From positions 3,415-67,414 of the forward strand of contig JAWLGI010000008.1 in assembly GCA_041685125.1 (NCBI GenBank): DNA of 64,000 bases. The letters run 5' to 3'. Below, piece by piece: positions 1 through 10,226 of the stretch; position 1 is the stretch's first letter, and each line of letters starts with the position of its first letter. The position numbers and the translations under genes were made by a program. The stretch is from Marivita sp. (GTDB taxonomy: Bacteria; Pseudomonadota; Alphaproteobacteria; Rhodobacterales; Rhodobacteraceae). Under the pieces are notes generated by a model that was not told the DNA's origin, did not search any database, and saw only the letters and a program-made list of their open reading frames with translations.

Positions 1-426
1 CTGGAACGCCGGGTAGTAGCGTTCGGCGCCCAGAACGGCGCAGGAGATCATCGTGTCGATCTGTTCGGCACTGGCGACATTGCCGCCCGCCAGAACGAGA
101 CCGTAGCGAAAGATCATCAGGTTGGCCTCTTGCCAATAGGTGAACGCCCCGGCCCAGCACTGGTCGTTGACCGTGTTCAGGCTTTCGTAAAGCGCGGGCA
201 GGCGGTCCTTTGGCGGCTCCATGTCGAAGGTGCAGATCAGGCGCAGCGTCTCGTCGAACTGCGACCATGCCAGCGTGATGGAGTAGGTGCGCCACTGCCC
301 TTCGACCGCCATGGCGATCTGGTCCTCGGCGATGCGATCAAAATCCCAGTCGTGATGAACGGCAATGTGTTCAACGATGTCGATGGGGTGAACGTCGTCT
401 TCAAGATACTGCTCGGACAGGGCCAT
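1..426 (-). CDS. YbjN domain-containing protein (3' end runs off window)
   Basis: Hand-translated, absent from ORF track: MALSEQYLEDDVHPIDIVEHIAVHHDWDFDRIAEDQIAMAVEGQWRTYSITLAWS...AERYYPAFQ; SD AGGAGG upstream; matches the alphaproteobacterial YbjN-type protein. Confidence 0.85.
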   Translation of the reverse strand, partial: MALSEQYLEDDVHPIDIVEHIAVHHDWDFDRIAEDQIAMAVEGQWRTYSITLAWSQFDETLRLICTFDMEPPKDRLPALYESLNTVNDQCWAGAFTYWQEANLMIFRYGLVLAGGNVASAEQIDTMISCAVLGAERYYPAFQ

Positions 427-572
427 AGCGCCGCCTCCTGTTGCCTGTGCGGAAAGGCGGGCAAGACCCAACCTTTCGATGCCTGCTCTAGGGGCTGCGT
501 GTTTCTGCTTGGCCCCATACAACATATGCTGCATAGCCGACGCACCCGCGTAAAGCGATATTTCCATGACAA

Positions 573-635
573 ACACAATAAGTTGTGGAGAAGTGCACCA
601 GATGTGGTGAGCGCGCATCGTTCCACATATTGTGG
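573..635. promoter_or_regulatory. Cluster of NrdR-box-like 16-bp palindromes upstream of ybjN
   Basis: ACACAATAAGTTGTGG (573-588), GCACCAGATGTGGTGA (595-610), GTTCCACATATTGTGG (620-635) versus consensus acaCwAtATaTwGtg. Confidence 0.45.
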
Positions 636-860
636 ACACAGTCATGCATTTCGCGCCTGCCCTACGCGGCACAGCCACGTCTGCGGCGCTGCGGCATCAC
701 GGCACATGCCGGGGCCGGTCGGGAATTGACCGCAAGACGGGAAACGGTGCGTGCCCGCGCCGGACGGCTGCCGAGAACGTCGCATCCGCAAGATATGACC
801 GGCCAAGCCCATTTCGGCCGGCCCCCGATCACATGTCTTCAAATCGCCGGAAGCCGGGTC

Positions 861-1106
861 CTATTTCTGCCCGGCGTCCATCGCATCAAGGCGCGCCTTG
901 AGCGCCTCGTTCTCTTCGCGGGCCTTCATCGCCATGGCGCGCACCGCGTCGAACTCTTCGCGGGTGACGAAATCGCGTTCCGCAAGCCAGCGGTCCATCA
1001 TGGATTTCATCGCTGTTTCCGCTTCTTCACGCGCGCCTTGCGCCACGCCCATGGCGTTGGTCATCAGTTGCGAGATGTCTTCGAATACCTTGTTGCGGGT
1101 CTGCAT
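861..1106 (-). CDS. Accessory factor UbiK family (BMFP) protein
   Basis: 81 aa MQTRNKVFEDISQLMTNAMG...DFVTREEFDAVRAMAMKAREENEALKARL; VTREEFD plus coiled coil; divergent from lgt. Confidence 0.88.
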   Translation of the reverse strand: MQTRNKVFEDISQLMTNAMGVAQGAREEAETAMKSMMDRWLAERDFVTREEFDAVRAMAMKAREENEALKARLDAMDAGQK

Positions 1107-1134
1107 TGCTTTCTCCGATCTGGTCTTCGTCCCT

Positions 1135-1163
1135 ATATGGGGCGCGGCCCCGGTCGGCACAAG
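1135..1163 (-). promoter_or_regulatory. RpoH-type promoter for ubiK-like gene
   Basis: Minus strand CTTG-N18-CCCATAT. Confidence 0.55.
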
Positions 1164-1199
1164 GTTGACTTCGCCCCGGAGCAATGAACATCTGCGCCC

Positions 1200-2084
1200 A
1201 TGTCGACCGGCCTGCCCTTTCCGAATGTCTCTCCGGAGCTTTTTTCCATCTCGGTCTTCGGGATGGACTTCGCGCTGCGCTGGTATGCACTGGCCTATAT
1301 CGCCGGCATCCTGATCGGCTGGCGGATCGCGGTTGCGGCCGTGAAGCGCGCGGCGCTCTGGCCCGCGGACACACCGCCGATGCGGCCCGAACAGGTCGAG
1401 GAATTGCTGACATGGGTGATCCTCGGGATCATCCTTGGCGGGCGGCTGGGCTTCGTGCTGTTTTACCAACCCGCCTATTATTTCGCCAACCCGATGCAGA
1501 TCCCGTTCATCTGGCAAGGCGGCATGGCGTTTCATGGCGGGCTGATCGGGGTGATTCTTGCCGGGTGGCTCTACTGCGTGCGCGCCTCCATCCCGTTGCG
1601 TTCAGCGGCGGACATGATGGCCCTGGCCACACCGCCGGGCCTGCTTTTGGGGCGGATCGCGAACTTCATCAATGCAGAGCTTTGGGGACGGCCGACGGAC
1701 CTGCCCTGGGGCGTGCAGTTCCCGGGCGCGGCGGCGCAGGCCTGTGGACAGGCGATGGGGGAGATCTGTGCGCGGCATCCCTCGCAGCTCTACGAAGCGG
1801 TCCTGGAAGGCGGCCTGCTCGGCGGCGTCTTGCTCTGGCTGGCGTTCCGGCGCGGGGCGCTCAAGGTGCCGGGGCGAATCGTCGGGCTGTTCATTGGCGG
1901 TTACGGCGCGGCGCGCTTTTTCGTCGAGTTCTTTCGCCAACCTGACCCGCAGTTCGTCTCCGAGGGCAATCCGCTTGGCCTTGCCTGGCATGTAAGCGGG
2001 TACGGCCTGACTATGGGGCAGCTGTTGTCGCTGCCGATGATCGCCATAGGGCTCTACCTCTGGAGGTCGGGGCGCCGGACATGA
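1200..2084 (+). CDS. lgt: Prolipoprotein diacylglyceryl transferase
   Basis: [35 protein letters not shown] and HPSQLYEA motifs. Confidence 0.97.
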   Translation: MSTGLPFPNVSPELFSISVFGMDFALRWYALAYIAGILIGWRIAVAAVKRAALWPADTPPMRPEQVEELLTWVILGIILGGRLGFVLFYQPAYYFANPMQIPFIWQGGMAFHGGLIGVILAGWLYCVRASIPLRSAADMMALATPPGLLLGRIANFINAELWGRPTDLPWGVQFPGAAAQACGQAMGEICARHPSQLYEAVLEGGLLGGVLLWLAFRRGALKVPGRIVGLFIGGYGAARFFVEFFRQPDPQFVSEGNPLGLAWHVSGYGLTMGQLLSLPMIAIGLYLWRSGRRT

Positions 2085-3157
2085 CCGCGCTTGCCGATAT
2101 ACTGAAACGACAGATCAGGGCGACCGGGCCGATGACCCTGGCACAGTACATGTCGGCCTGCCTGCTGCATCCCGAACACGGCTACTACACGACGCAGGAT
2201 GCGCTGGGCGCGGATGGTGATTTCACCACCGCACCCGAGATAAGCCAGATGTTCGGTGAGGTGATCGGCCTGTGCCTTGCGCAAGCGTGGATGGATCAAG
2301 GCGCACCGGAGACGTTTGCACTGGTCGAGCTGGGGCCGGGGCGCGGGACACTCATCGCCGACGTGATGCGCGCAACTTTGCAGGTTCCCGGGTTTCACAC
2401 GGCGGCCGCGCTTCACCTGGTCGAGGCATCACGGCGGATGCGCGATTTGCAAGCCGCCACCCTGCCCGCGCATCAGCCGGTGTGGCACGACACGGCCGAG
2501 ACCCTGCCGGACGATATGCCGGTCTTCGCGATTGCGAACGAGTTTTTCGATGCCTTGCCGATCCGCCAGTTCCAGCGCGACGTCAAGGGATGGCGCGAGG
2601 TCATGGTGGGCCTGTCCGAGGCGGGCACGCTGCAACGCGGGCTGAGCGATCCGGCACCGATCGACATGCTGGAGCACCGGCTTGGCGATACAGCGCCCGG
2701 TGCCTTGGTCGAGATATGCGCACAGGGGCAAACGGTGATCGACGCGGTGGCGCATCGGATCGCCGCGCAGGGGGGCATGGCGATCGTCATCGATTATGGC
2801 GGGTGGCGGTCGGATGGCGATACCTTCCAGGCGGTACGGGCGCACCGGCCGGTTGATCCATTCGAGGCTCCGGGACATGCCGATCTGACCGCGCATGTGG
2901 ATTTCGAGGCATTGGCGCGGTCGGCGCTCAAGGCGAAATGTGCGGCGACGCAGCTGACCAACCAAGGTGTTTTCCTTGAACGGCTGGGAATCACACCGCG
3001 TGCGCAAGGTCTGGCCAAAGGTCTGGACGGGGCAGCGCTGGAGGCGCATGTTGCCGCGCATCGGCGGTTGACCCACCCGGATGAAATGGGTTCCCTGTTC
3101 AAGGTGCTGGGGCTCTATCCCGGCACCGACTCGCCGCCACCGGGACTTGACCCATGA
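2081..3157 (+). CDS. Class I SAM-dependent methyltransferase, MidA/NDUFAF7 family
   Basis: [45 protein letters not shown]; ATGA overlap with lgt. Confidence 0.93.
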   Translation: MTALADILKRQIRATGPMTLAQYMSACLLHPEHGYYTTQDALGADGDFTTAPEISQMFGEVIGLCLAQAWMDQGAPETFALVELGPGRGTLIADVMRATLQVPGFHTAAALHLVEASRRMRDLQAATLPAHQPVWHDTAETLPDDMPVFAIANEFFDALPIRQFQRDVKGWREVMVGLSEAGTLQRGLSDPAPIDMLEHRLGDTAPGALVEICAQGQTVIDAVAHRIAAQGGMAIVIDYGGWRSDGDTFQAVRAHRPVDPFEAPGHADLTAHVDFEALARSALKAKCAATQLTNQGVFLERLGITPRAQGLAKGLDGAALEAHVAAHRRLTHPDEMGSLFKVLGLYPGTDSPPPGLDP

Positions 3158-3909
3158 CGCTTGAGATCATCACATCGGACAGTCTTGCGCCCTTGCGCCA
3201 CGGGTTCTTTACGCGCCGCGGGGGCGCCTCCTCGGGGGTGTTTGCCGGGCTGAATTGTGGATCGGGATCGTCGGACCAGTCCGAGATCGTCGACATCAAC
3301 CGCGCACGGGTGGCCGAGGCGATGCAGGTGGCCGAAGACCATCTTGTGACGGTGCACCAGGTTCATTCCGCCGATGTTGCGACAGTGGACAGCCCGCTGG
3401 ACGCACCGAAACCCAAGGCCGATGCGATGGTGACGGATACGCCGGGACTCGCGCTGGGGGTACTGACAGCCGATTGCCAACCGGTGCTCTTCGCAGACCC
3501 GGAGGCGGGTGTCGTCGGTGCGGCCCATGCCGGATGGCGCGGCGCATTGGACGGGGTCCTGGAGGCGACGGTCGAGGCGATGATCGACCTTGGCGCCGAC
3601 CGCGAGACCATCACCGCCGTGATCGGCCCCAGCATCAGCCAGAGAGCCTATGAGGTCGGCCCGGAATTCCTTGAGACGTTTCTGGACGATGACCCGCAAT
3701 TCGCCCGGTTCTTCGCCAATGGGGAGGACGGGCGCTACCAGTTTGACCTGCCGGGCTTTGGACTGCACAAGCTGCGCAATGCGGGCGTGGAGGCGGAATG
3801 GACACGCCATTGCACCTATTCCGACGCGGATCGGTTCTATTCCTACCGCCGGTCCACCCATGCGCGCGAGGCGGATTACGGCAGACTGATCTCGGTGATC
3901 CGGCTCTAG
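3154..3909 (+). CDS. pgeF: Peptidoglycan editing factor PgeF / YfiH family
   Basis: HGFFTRRGG, QVHS, LTADCQPV, AHAGWRG, FYSYRR motifs. Confidence 0.93.
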   Translation: MTLEIITSDSLAPLRHGFFTRRGGASSGVFAGLNCGSGSSDQSEIVDINRARVAEAMQVAEDHLVTVHQVHSADVATVDSPLDAPKPKADAMVTDTPGLALGVLTADCQPVLFADPEAGVVGAAHAGWRGALDGVLEATVEAMIDLGADRETITAVIGPSISQRAYEVGPEFLETFLDDDPQFARFFANGEDGRYQFDLPGFGLHKLRNAGVEAEWTRHCTYSDADRFYSYRRSTHAREADYGRLISVIRL

Positions 3910-4224
3910 GGCCAGGCTGCGGGCGCGCGGGTTTGTCGCCTGCGGCGCAACAAATGCCACGATCGCCGCCTTGTGGGCGGGCAGACCTTGATGCGGCCGC
4001 GTGCAGGCGCCAGCCCACCTTTCATTAAGCACCTGTTTCCAAAGGATTTTTCGAAACCCTCCTTCCAGATCACATCGGCAATCCTGGCAGGAAACAATCC
4101 CGGCACTGCCCAAAATCAATCACGACAATACACCGGGATTGTCCATGTTCGGTCACAAACGTGCCCCAATGCGCCGCTTAATTACATCCAACGAAACAGA
4201 AGATCACCAAATCGGAGCAGTCCC

Positions 4225-4377
4225 ATGTCGCGCAAATCAAAATTCGTTGCCTCTGTCGTCGCAGCCTCGAAAGAAGAGCTTCCTGTTCTTCCGTTCCAGC
4301 GCGGCGCGGCGCGCAAAGCCATGTTCGACCGGCTCAAGGCCGAAACCGCCAATGACCCGGTTCGCAAGCGGGCGTGA
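4225..4377 (+). CDS. Small basic hypothetical protein (50 aa)
   Basis: MSRKSKFVASVVAASKEELPVLPFQRGAARKAMFDRLK...; SD GGAG upstream; downstream terminator. Confidence 0.65.
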   Translation: MSRKSKFVASVVAASKEELPVLPFQRGAARKAMFDRLKAETANDPVRKRA

Positions 4378-4476
4378 TTCCGCGTCACCGGACGCCGCCG
4401 CCCGGTTCAGACCCTGCACATCCCCAAATGTGGCGCGGTTGTCGTGGGACAGTCGACAAATCCCCGGTTGTCGAAG

Positions 4477-4506
4477 AATTGGTCGCGGAACCGCGGCCAA
4501 TTTTTT
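4477..4506 (+). terminator. Intrinsic terminator
   Basis: AATTGGTCGCGG/CCGCGGCCAATT stem followed by a T run. Confidence 0.6.
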
Positions 4507-4622
4507 GTGTTTTTTGACGAATCGCTTGGGTTTGCGCAGCGTTGCCGCATCGTAAAGCACCGTCCTTCTGGTGTTGTTGGTGGGGGCCAACGCGGATGTG
4601 ACCTCAAGTCCAAAGGGATCAC

Positions 4623-5396
4623 ATGGCTGAAACCTCGACCGATCGCGCGACCGCGGATTTCAACGCCGGCGCCATTTTGAACGGTATCGGGTCGCGCAAA
4701 GATGCCCCGCAGCGCAAGACGCCGCGGACCAGGACCATCGACGCCACCGCCTTGCGGCCGGATCAGACGATTTTCGATGGCAGCTTCACCGTCCCGGCCA
4801 CCGCAACATTCGAATCCTGCGCGACCGCTTTTGCGCGCGGGACATTGATCGCCACGGTGATGGGTCCAATCGCGGTTGAAGACCTTGCGCCCGGTGACCT
4901 GGTCGAAACCCATCGCAGGCCGCAGCCCGTGGTCTGGAAAGGCAGCACGACCTACCTGCCGGATTTCGCCTCCGACGGCACCTCCTTGACGCATCTTCTG
5001 CGCCTGCCGGGACACGGCCTGGAGCAGAGCGACTTGCTCCTGGGTCCGGCAGCACGGCTGGTGGTGCGACAGGACAGGTTCGCCGACCTGTTGAATTGCG
5101 ACGCCGTGCTGGTGTCTGCGTCGGAATATGCAGATGGCGACCGCATCCTGCGCGTGACGCCTCCGGGTCCGGTGCAGCTCTATCATGTGGCGGTGCGGCA
5201 GCACGCGATCATCCGGGCCAACGGGCACGAGCTCGAAAGCTATCACCCGGGCCGCATGTCCGAAGGAGAGATCGGCGCATCGGTCCGCAGGATGATGCAG
5301 ACGATGTTCCCGCATCTCGAGTCCTTGGAAGATTTCGGCGATCTGGCCCTTCCGCGCACGACGCGCGCCGTTCTCGACACGCTGCGCGTGGCCTGA
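4623..5396 (+). CDS. Hint (bacterial intein-like, Hint_2 type) domain protein with degenerate catalytic residues
   Basis: AFARGTLIATVMGPIAVEDLAPGDLVET (block A), HAIIRANGHELESYHPG (C-terminal block). Confidence 0.85.
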   Translation: MAETSTDRATADFNAGAILNGIGSRKDAPQRKTPRTRTIDATALRPDQTIFDGSFTVPATATFESCATAFARGTLIATVMGPIAVEDLAPGDLVETHRRPQPVVWKGSTTYLPDFASDGTSLTHLLRLPGHGLEQSDLLLGPAARLVVRQDRFADLLNCDAVLVSASEYADGDRILRVTPPGPVQLYHVAVRQHAIIRANGHELESYHPGRMSEGEIGASVRRMMQTMFPHLESLEDFGDLALPRTTRAVLDTLRVA

Positions 5397-5397
5397 G

Positions 5398-5898
5398 TCA
5401 GGGGGAGTCGTCCAGCCGCGCTTCGAGAATGTCGAAGGGAACACCCGGTTCGTCCTTGGCACCGCGAATGACCAGCGATGTCTTCACGCTGCCCACGTTG
5501 GGCGAGGTCAGAAGACCGCTTGTCAGGAAGCTTTGAAAGGTGCTGAGGTCAGGCGCCACGCATTTCAGGATGAAATCCACCTCGCCATTGAGCATGTGAC
5601 ACTCGCGAACGAGCGGCCAGTCCCTGCAGCGTTCCTCGAACGCACGCAGATCGGTTTCGGCCTGGCTTTGCAGTCCGACCATGGCAAAGACCTGAACCTC
5701 GAAACCGAGCTCACGGGGATCGACCTCGGCATGATAGCCGCGGATGAAGCCCTGTTCCTCGAGCGTGCGCACCCGGCGCAGGCATGGCGGGGCGGAAATC
5801 CCCACCCTGCGCGCCAATTCGACATTGGTCATGCGACCATCCGCCTGAAGCTCGGCCAAGATTTTTCGATCAATTGGATCCAACCGATGTGACGGCAT
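5398..5898 (-). CDS. Lrp/AsnC family transcriptional regulator
   Basis: LDPIDRKILAELQADGRMTNVELARRVGISAPPCLRRVRTLEEQG; divergent from trxB; ATG at 5898 chosen. Confidence 0.95.
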   Translation of the reverse strand: MPSHRLDPIDRKILAELQADGRMTNVELARRVGISAPPCLRRVRTLEEQGFIRGYHAEVDPRELGFEVQVFAMVGLQSQAETDLRAFEERCRDWPLVRECHMLNGEVDFILKCVAPDLSTFQSFLTSGLLTSPNVGSVKTSLVIRGAKDEPGVPFDILEARLDDSP

Positions 5899-6019
5899 TC
5901 CAAGCACCCCTGATTTTTTTGGCAATGTTACATCACCAGTGAGAGATACGCAATAATATTTCAAGATTGCGCAATATTATTAAGGCGGGTCTGACCCTTC
6001 GGATAGAACCTGCATTCGT

Positions 6020-6047
6020 TTGCGAAGGCGTCGTGAGGTGCCTATAT
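6020..6047 (+). promoter_or_regulatory. RpoH-type promoter for trxB
   Basis: TTG-N18-CCTATAT. Confidence 0.6.
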
Positions 6048-6092
6048 CGGGGCTGACGAAATGTTAATCCTGCTGCGACGCGAGGCCGCCCC

Positions 6093-7100
6093 ATGTCCGA
6101 CACACGCCACACCAAAGTCTTGATCATCGGCTCCGGCCCGGCGGGCTATTCCGCCGGTGTCTATGCCAGCCGCGCCATGCTCGAACCGGTCCTTGTTCAG
6201 GGGATCGAGCCGGGCGGCCAGTTGACCACCACCACGGATGTCGAAAACTGGCCCGGCGATACCGAGGTGCAAGGCCCTGACCTGATGGTTCGGATGGAAG
6301 CCCACGCCCGCGCGATGGGGACCGATATCATCGGCGATATCATCACGTCGCTCGATCTGTCGAAACGTCCCTACACCGCGCAGTCGGACAGCGGAACGGT
6401 CTATACTGCCGATTCGGTGATCCTGGCCACGGGCGCGCGCGCGAAATGGCTGGGCCTGCCGTCGGAAGAGGCGTTCAAGGGGTTCGGCGTTTCGGCCTGT
6501 GCCACATGCGACGGGTTCTTTTATCGCGGGCAAGAGATCGTCGTGATCGGCGGCGGCAACACCGCCGTCGAAGAGGCGCTGTTCCTGACGAATTTCGCGT
6601 CCAAGGTGACCCTGGTCCACCGGCGCGGCGAATTGCGGGCCGAGAAGATCCTGCAAAATCGGTTGTTCAAGAACCCGAAGATCGAAACGCTGTGGCATCA
6701 CCAGCTGGACGAGGTGTTCGGCAGCGACATGCCAAAGGGCGTCGAAGGCGTGCGCGTCAAGCACGTAGAGACCGGCGACATCACCGAGATCCCGTGCAAG
6801 GGCGTCTTTATCGCGATCGGCCACGCGCCGGCGAACGAGTTGGTCAAGGATGTGCTGGAGACGCATATGGGCGGCTATGTCGTGACCAAGCCCGACAGCA
6901 CGGAAACGTCGATCCCGGGCGTGTTCGCGGCAGGCGATCTGACGGATCACAAGTATCGTCAGGCGGTCACGTCGGCAGGGATGGGATGTATGGCAGCGCT
7001 TGAGGCAGAGCGGTTCCTGGCCGAGGTTGGCGACGATTCGGGCAAGGACGTGACCGAGCCGCTGGGCTACGGCGCGCCGGTCAAGGAAGGCGCAGATTGA
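6093..7100 (+). CDS. trxB: Thioredoxin-disulfide reductase
   Basis: GSGPAG, CATCDG, GGGNTAVEEA, FAAGD, QAVTSAG motifs. Confidence 0.98.
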   Translation: MSDTRHTKVLIIGSGPAGYSAGVYASRAMLEPVLVQGIEPGGQLTTTTDVENWPGDTEVQGPDLMVRMEAHARAMGTDIIGDIITSLDLSKRPYTAQSDSGTVYTADSVILATGARAKWLGLPSEEAFKGFGVSACATCDGFFYRGQEIVVIGGGNTAVEEALFLTNFASKVTLVHRRGELRAEKILQNRLFKNPKIETLWHHQLDEVFGSDMPKGVEGVRVKHVETGDITEIPCKGVFIAIGHAPANELVKDVLETHMGGYVVTKPDSTETSIPGVFAAGDLTDHKYRQAVTSAGMGCMAALEAERFLAEVGDDSGKDVTEPLGYGAPVKEGAD

Positions 7101-7135
7101 AACGGGCAGAGTTTCCCCTGCCCGTCTGATTCACC

Positions 7136-7165
7136 AAGGGCCGGGCGATCACGCCCGGCCTTTTT
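7136..7165 (+). terminator. Intrinsic terminator between convergent trxB and ccp
   Basis: GGCCGGGCG/CGCCCGGCC stem followed by TTTTT. Confidence 0.75.
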
Positions 7166-7169
7166 CGGT

Positions 7170-8219
7170 TCAGCGCACCGCGCCGGTCGGCTTTGGCGTT
7201 TCGGCGGTTTCCACCGGAAGGATCGGATAGACCACTTCGGGCATCTCACCCGTTAGCGAGCCCAGGAAGGCGGTGATGTCGGAGACTTCGTCTTCGCTCA
7301 GATCAGCGCCCAATTGCGAGCTTGCCATGATCTCGACCGCGGTGCGCAGATCCCAGACCACGCCAGAGTGGAAATAGGGGGCGGTCAACGCGATGTTGCG
7401 CAACGGGGACGCACGGAAGACGTATTCGTCGTCCACGGTCTCGGTCACGATATACCGGCCCTTGTCACCTTCGGGCAGGATTTCGGCGCCGGGACGTTCG
7501 ACAAGACCGAAGGGATAATACCCGTTGCCACCAAGGTTGATGCCCGAATGGCAGGACGCACAGCCCGCATCGACGAAGGTCTGCAACCCGCGCACTTCCT
7601 GTTCGGTCATGGCACCGTCATCGCCATTGAGCCACGCATCGAACGGGGAGGGAGTGATCAGGGTGGCCTCGTAGGCTTCGATCGCCTTGGCGAAGTTGTC
7701 AAAGCTGACGGGATCGTCTTCTTCGGGGAAGGACGTCTCGAACCACTCCACGTATTGCGGCATGGAATTGAGCGTCAAAAGCACGTTTTCCGGCGTGTTC
7801 GCCATTTCGACACCAGCCTGAACCGGGCCTTTGGCCTGTTCGGCAAGGTCGGGCGCACGGCCATCCCAAAACTGCGCGTCATTGAAGACCGCGTTCAACA
7901 CCGTCGGAGAGTTGCGCGGGCCTTTCTGCCAGCCATGACCGATCGACACCGGCATGTTGTCATCGCCGCCGGTGGCAAGGTTGTGGCACGAGTTGCAGGA
8001 AAACACACCCGATGCCGACATGCGCGGATCAAAGAACAGCGCCTTGCCGAGGTCGATCTTTTCCGGCGTGATCCGGTTGTCGCTAAGCGATGGCACCGTC
8101 GAGGGGAGAGGTGCGAACATATCCAGCGCAAGCTCTCGAAGCTCGCTCGAAGCTGACGCTCCATTCGCAATCGCAAGTATGGATACAGCCAAAGCTGCGG
8201 AATGACGTAGGGTCGGCAT
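7170..8219 (-). CDS. ccpA: Di-haem cytochrome c peroxidase
   Basis: Signal peptide; haem motifs CNSCH and CASCH; RNSPTVLN, QFWDGRA, TAPYFHSG. Confidence 0.93.
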   Translation of the reverse strand: MPTLRHSAALAVSILAIANGASASSELRELALDMFAPLPSTVPSLSDNRITPEKIDLGKALFFDPRMSASGVFSCNSCHNLATGGDDNMPVSIGHGWQKGPRNSPTVLNAVFNDAQFWDGRAPDLAEQAKGPVQAGVEMANTPENVLLTLNSMPQYVEWFETSFPEEDDPVSFDNFAKAIEAYEATLITPSPFDAWLNGDDGAMTEQEVRGLQTFVDAGCASCHSGINLGGNGYYPFGLVERPGAEILPEGDKGRYIVTETVDDEYVFRASPLRNIALTAPYFHSGVVWDLRTAVEIMASSQLGADLSEDEVSDITAFLGSLTGEMPEVVYPILPVETAETPKPTGAVR

Positions 8220-8293
8220 GGTACAAAAGATCTCCAGATTGGGCCTGTGGTTCGCGCGCGTGCCTGCATAACTTGCCGCGAGGAAGGCTGTCC

Positions 8294-8307
8294 TTGATCG
8301 ACATCAA
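8294..8307. promoter_or_regulatory. FNR/FnrL box
   Basis: Perfect TTGAT-CGAC-ATCAA 75 nt upstream of the ccp start. Confidence 0.85.
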
Positions 8308-8492
8308 TCCGTCCGGCAAAACTTTGGAAATCGTTGTCTGGTCACAAATCCAAGCATGCCAGACAGCGCATCGATCAAAACTGGCGCAAATTCCGCACAT
8401 TTTTTCGAATTTCAGGTGAACAAGGGGTTGCCGCTGGACTTCGTCTCCGTGCCGGGCGTACCCAGCGCCGAAACTTGGCAGTGAGAAGATTT

Positions 8493-10208
8493 ATGTACCC
8501 CCGGAACCTGGCCCCGATCCCCGAACTTTTCGTCTCCTATGACAGTGCGCAGAAGCTCAAACAGGAGGCGGGCGATCTGGTCAGCCACGACCTGACGCCG
8601 CGGCAGATTTGCGACCTGGAACTGCTGATGAATGGCGGGTTCTTCCCGCTCAAGGGGTTTCTGGGCCAGGAGGATTACGACGCGGTCGTCGACAACATGC
8701 GCCTGGCCGACGGGACACTCTGGCCCATGCCGATCACGCTCGACGTGTCCGAGGCGTTTGCCGAAGGTCTCGAGATCGGTCAGGACATCGCGCTGCGCGA
8801 CCAGGAAGGTGTGATCCTGGGTACGATGACGCTGACCGACCGCTGGACACCCGACAAGGCCCGCGAAGCCAAGCAGGTGTTCGGGGCGGATGACGATGCG
8901 CACCCGGCGGTGAATTACCTGCACAACAAAGCCGGCAAGGTCTATTTGGGCGGGCCGGTCACCGGCATCCAGCAGCCCGTGCATTACGATTTCCGCGGCC
9001 GCCGCGACACGCCGAACGAACTGCGCGCCTATTTCCGCAAGCTGGGCTGGCGCAAGGTCGTAGCGTTCCAGACCCGCAACCCGCTGCACCGCGCGCACCA
9101 GGAACTGACGTTTCGCGCCGCCAAGGAAAGCCAGGCCAACCTGCTGATCCACCCGATCGTGGGCATGACCAAACCGGGCGACGTGGATCACTTTACCCGT
9201 GTGCGCTGCTACGAGGCGGTTCTGGACAAGTATCCGCAATCCACCACGACGATGAGCCTTCTGAACCTTGCCATGCGCATGGCCGGCCCGCGCGAGGCTG
9301 TCTGGCACGGGCTGATCCGCGCCAACCACGGCTGCACCCATTTCATCGTTGGCCGCGATCATGCCGGCCCCGGCAAGAACTCGGCCGGCGAGGATTTCTA
9401 CGGCCCCTATGACGCGCAGGAGCTGTTCCGCACATATCAGGAGGAGATCGGCATCGAGATGGTCGATTTCAAACACATGGTCTATGTGCAGGAACGCGCC
9501 CAGTACGAACCGATGGACGAGATCGCCGACAAGGATGACGTGACGATCCTCAACATCTCGGGCACCGAGCTGCGCCGCCGCCTGCGCGAAGGGTTGGAAA
9601 TCCCGGAATGGTTCTCCTTTCCCGAGGTTGTGCAGGAGTTGCGCCGCACCTCGCCGCCGCGCGCCGAGCAGGGGTTCACCGTGTTTTTCACCGGGTTTTC
9701 GGGGTCGGGCAAATCCACCATCGCCAATGCCCTGATGGTCAAGCTGATGGAAATGGGCGGACGACCCGTGACGCTGCTGGACGGGGATATCGTGCGCAAG
9801 AACCTGTCGTCCGAGTTGGGCTTCTCGAAAGAGCACCGCGACCTCAACATCCGCCGCATCGGCTATGTCGCAAGCGAGATCACCAAGAATGGCGGCATTG
9901 CCATCTGCGCGCCGATCGCACCCTACGCCGCGACCCGCCGCGCGGTGCGTGAAGATGTCGAACAATTCGGCGCCTTCATAGAAGTGCATGTCGCGACCAG
10001 CATCGAGGAATGCGAACGCCGCGACCGCAAGGGGCTTTACAAGCTGGCCCGCGCCGGCAAGATCAAGGAATTCACCGGAATCTCGGACCCCTATGACGTG
10101 CCAGAGACCCCCGAACTGCGCGTCGAAACCGAGAATGTCGATGTCGACAATTGCGCGCATCAGGTCATCCTGAAGCTCGAAAGCCTTGGGCTGGTTGCGG
10201 GACAGTAA
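8493..10208 (+). CDS. sat/cysC: Bifunctional sulfate adenylyltransferase / adenylylsulfate kinase
   Basis: AFQTRNPLHRAH and VGRDHAG (ATP sulfurylase); GFSGSGKST, LDGDIVR, FTGISDPY (APS kinase); ATG at 8493 chosen. Confidence 0.95.
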   Translation: MYPRNLAPIPELFVSYDSAQKLKQEAGDLVSHDLTPRQICDLELLMNGGFFPLKGFLGQEDYDAVVDNMRLADGTLWPMPITLDVSEAFAEGLEIGQDIALRDQEGVILGTMTLTDRWTPDKAREAKQVFGADDDAHPAVNYLHNKAGKVYLGGPVTGIQQPVHYDFRGRRDTPNELRAYFRKLGWRKVVAFQTRNPLHRAHQELTFRAAKESQANLLIHPIVGMTKPGDVDHFTRVRCYEAVLDKYPQSTTTMSLLNLAMRMAGPREAVWHGLIRANHGCTHFIVGRDHAGPGKNSAGEDFYGPYDAQELFRTYQEEIGIEMVDFKHMVYVQERAQYEPMDEIADKDDVTILNISGTELRRRLREGLEIPEWFSFPEVVQELRRTSPPRAEQGFTVFFTGFSGSGKSTIANALMVKLMEMGGRPVTLLDGDIVRKNLSSELGFSKEHRDLNIRRIGYVASEITKNGGIAICAPIAPYAATRRAVREDVEQFGAFIEVHVATSIEECERRDRKGLYKLARAGKIKEFTGISDPYDVPETPELRVETENVDVDNCAHQVILKLESLGLVAGQ

Positions 10209-10226
10209 CCCTTTGGGTGCGCGCCT

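Noticed and set aside
130-729. ORF-track calls 130-729 (+) and 237-626 (-)
   Set aside because: Overlap the real ybjN frame and its upstream region; no protein-like features
730-800. Cobalamin-riboswitch-like GGGAAACGGTG...CTGCC
   Set aside because: Lacks AATCC, CCCGCAACTG and the B12 box; no downstream gene on that strand
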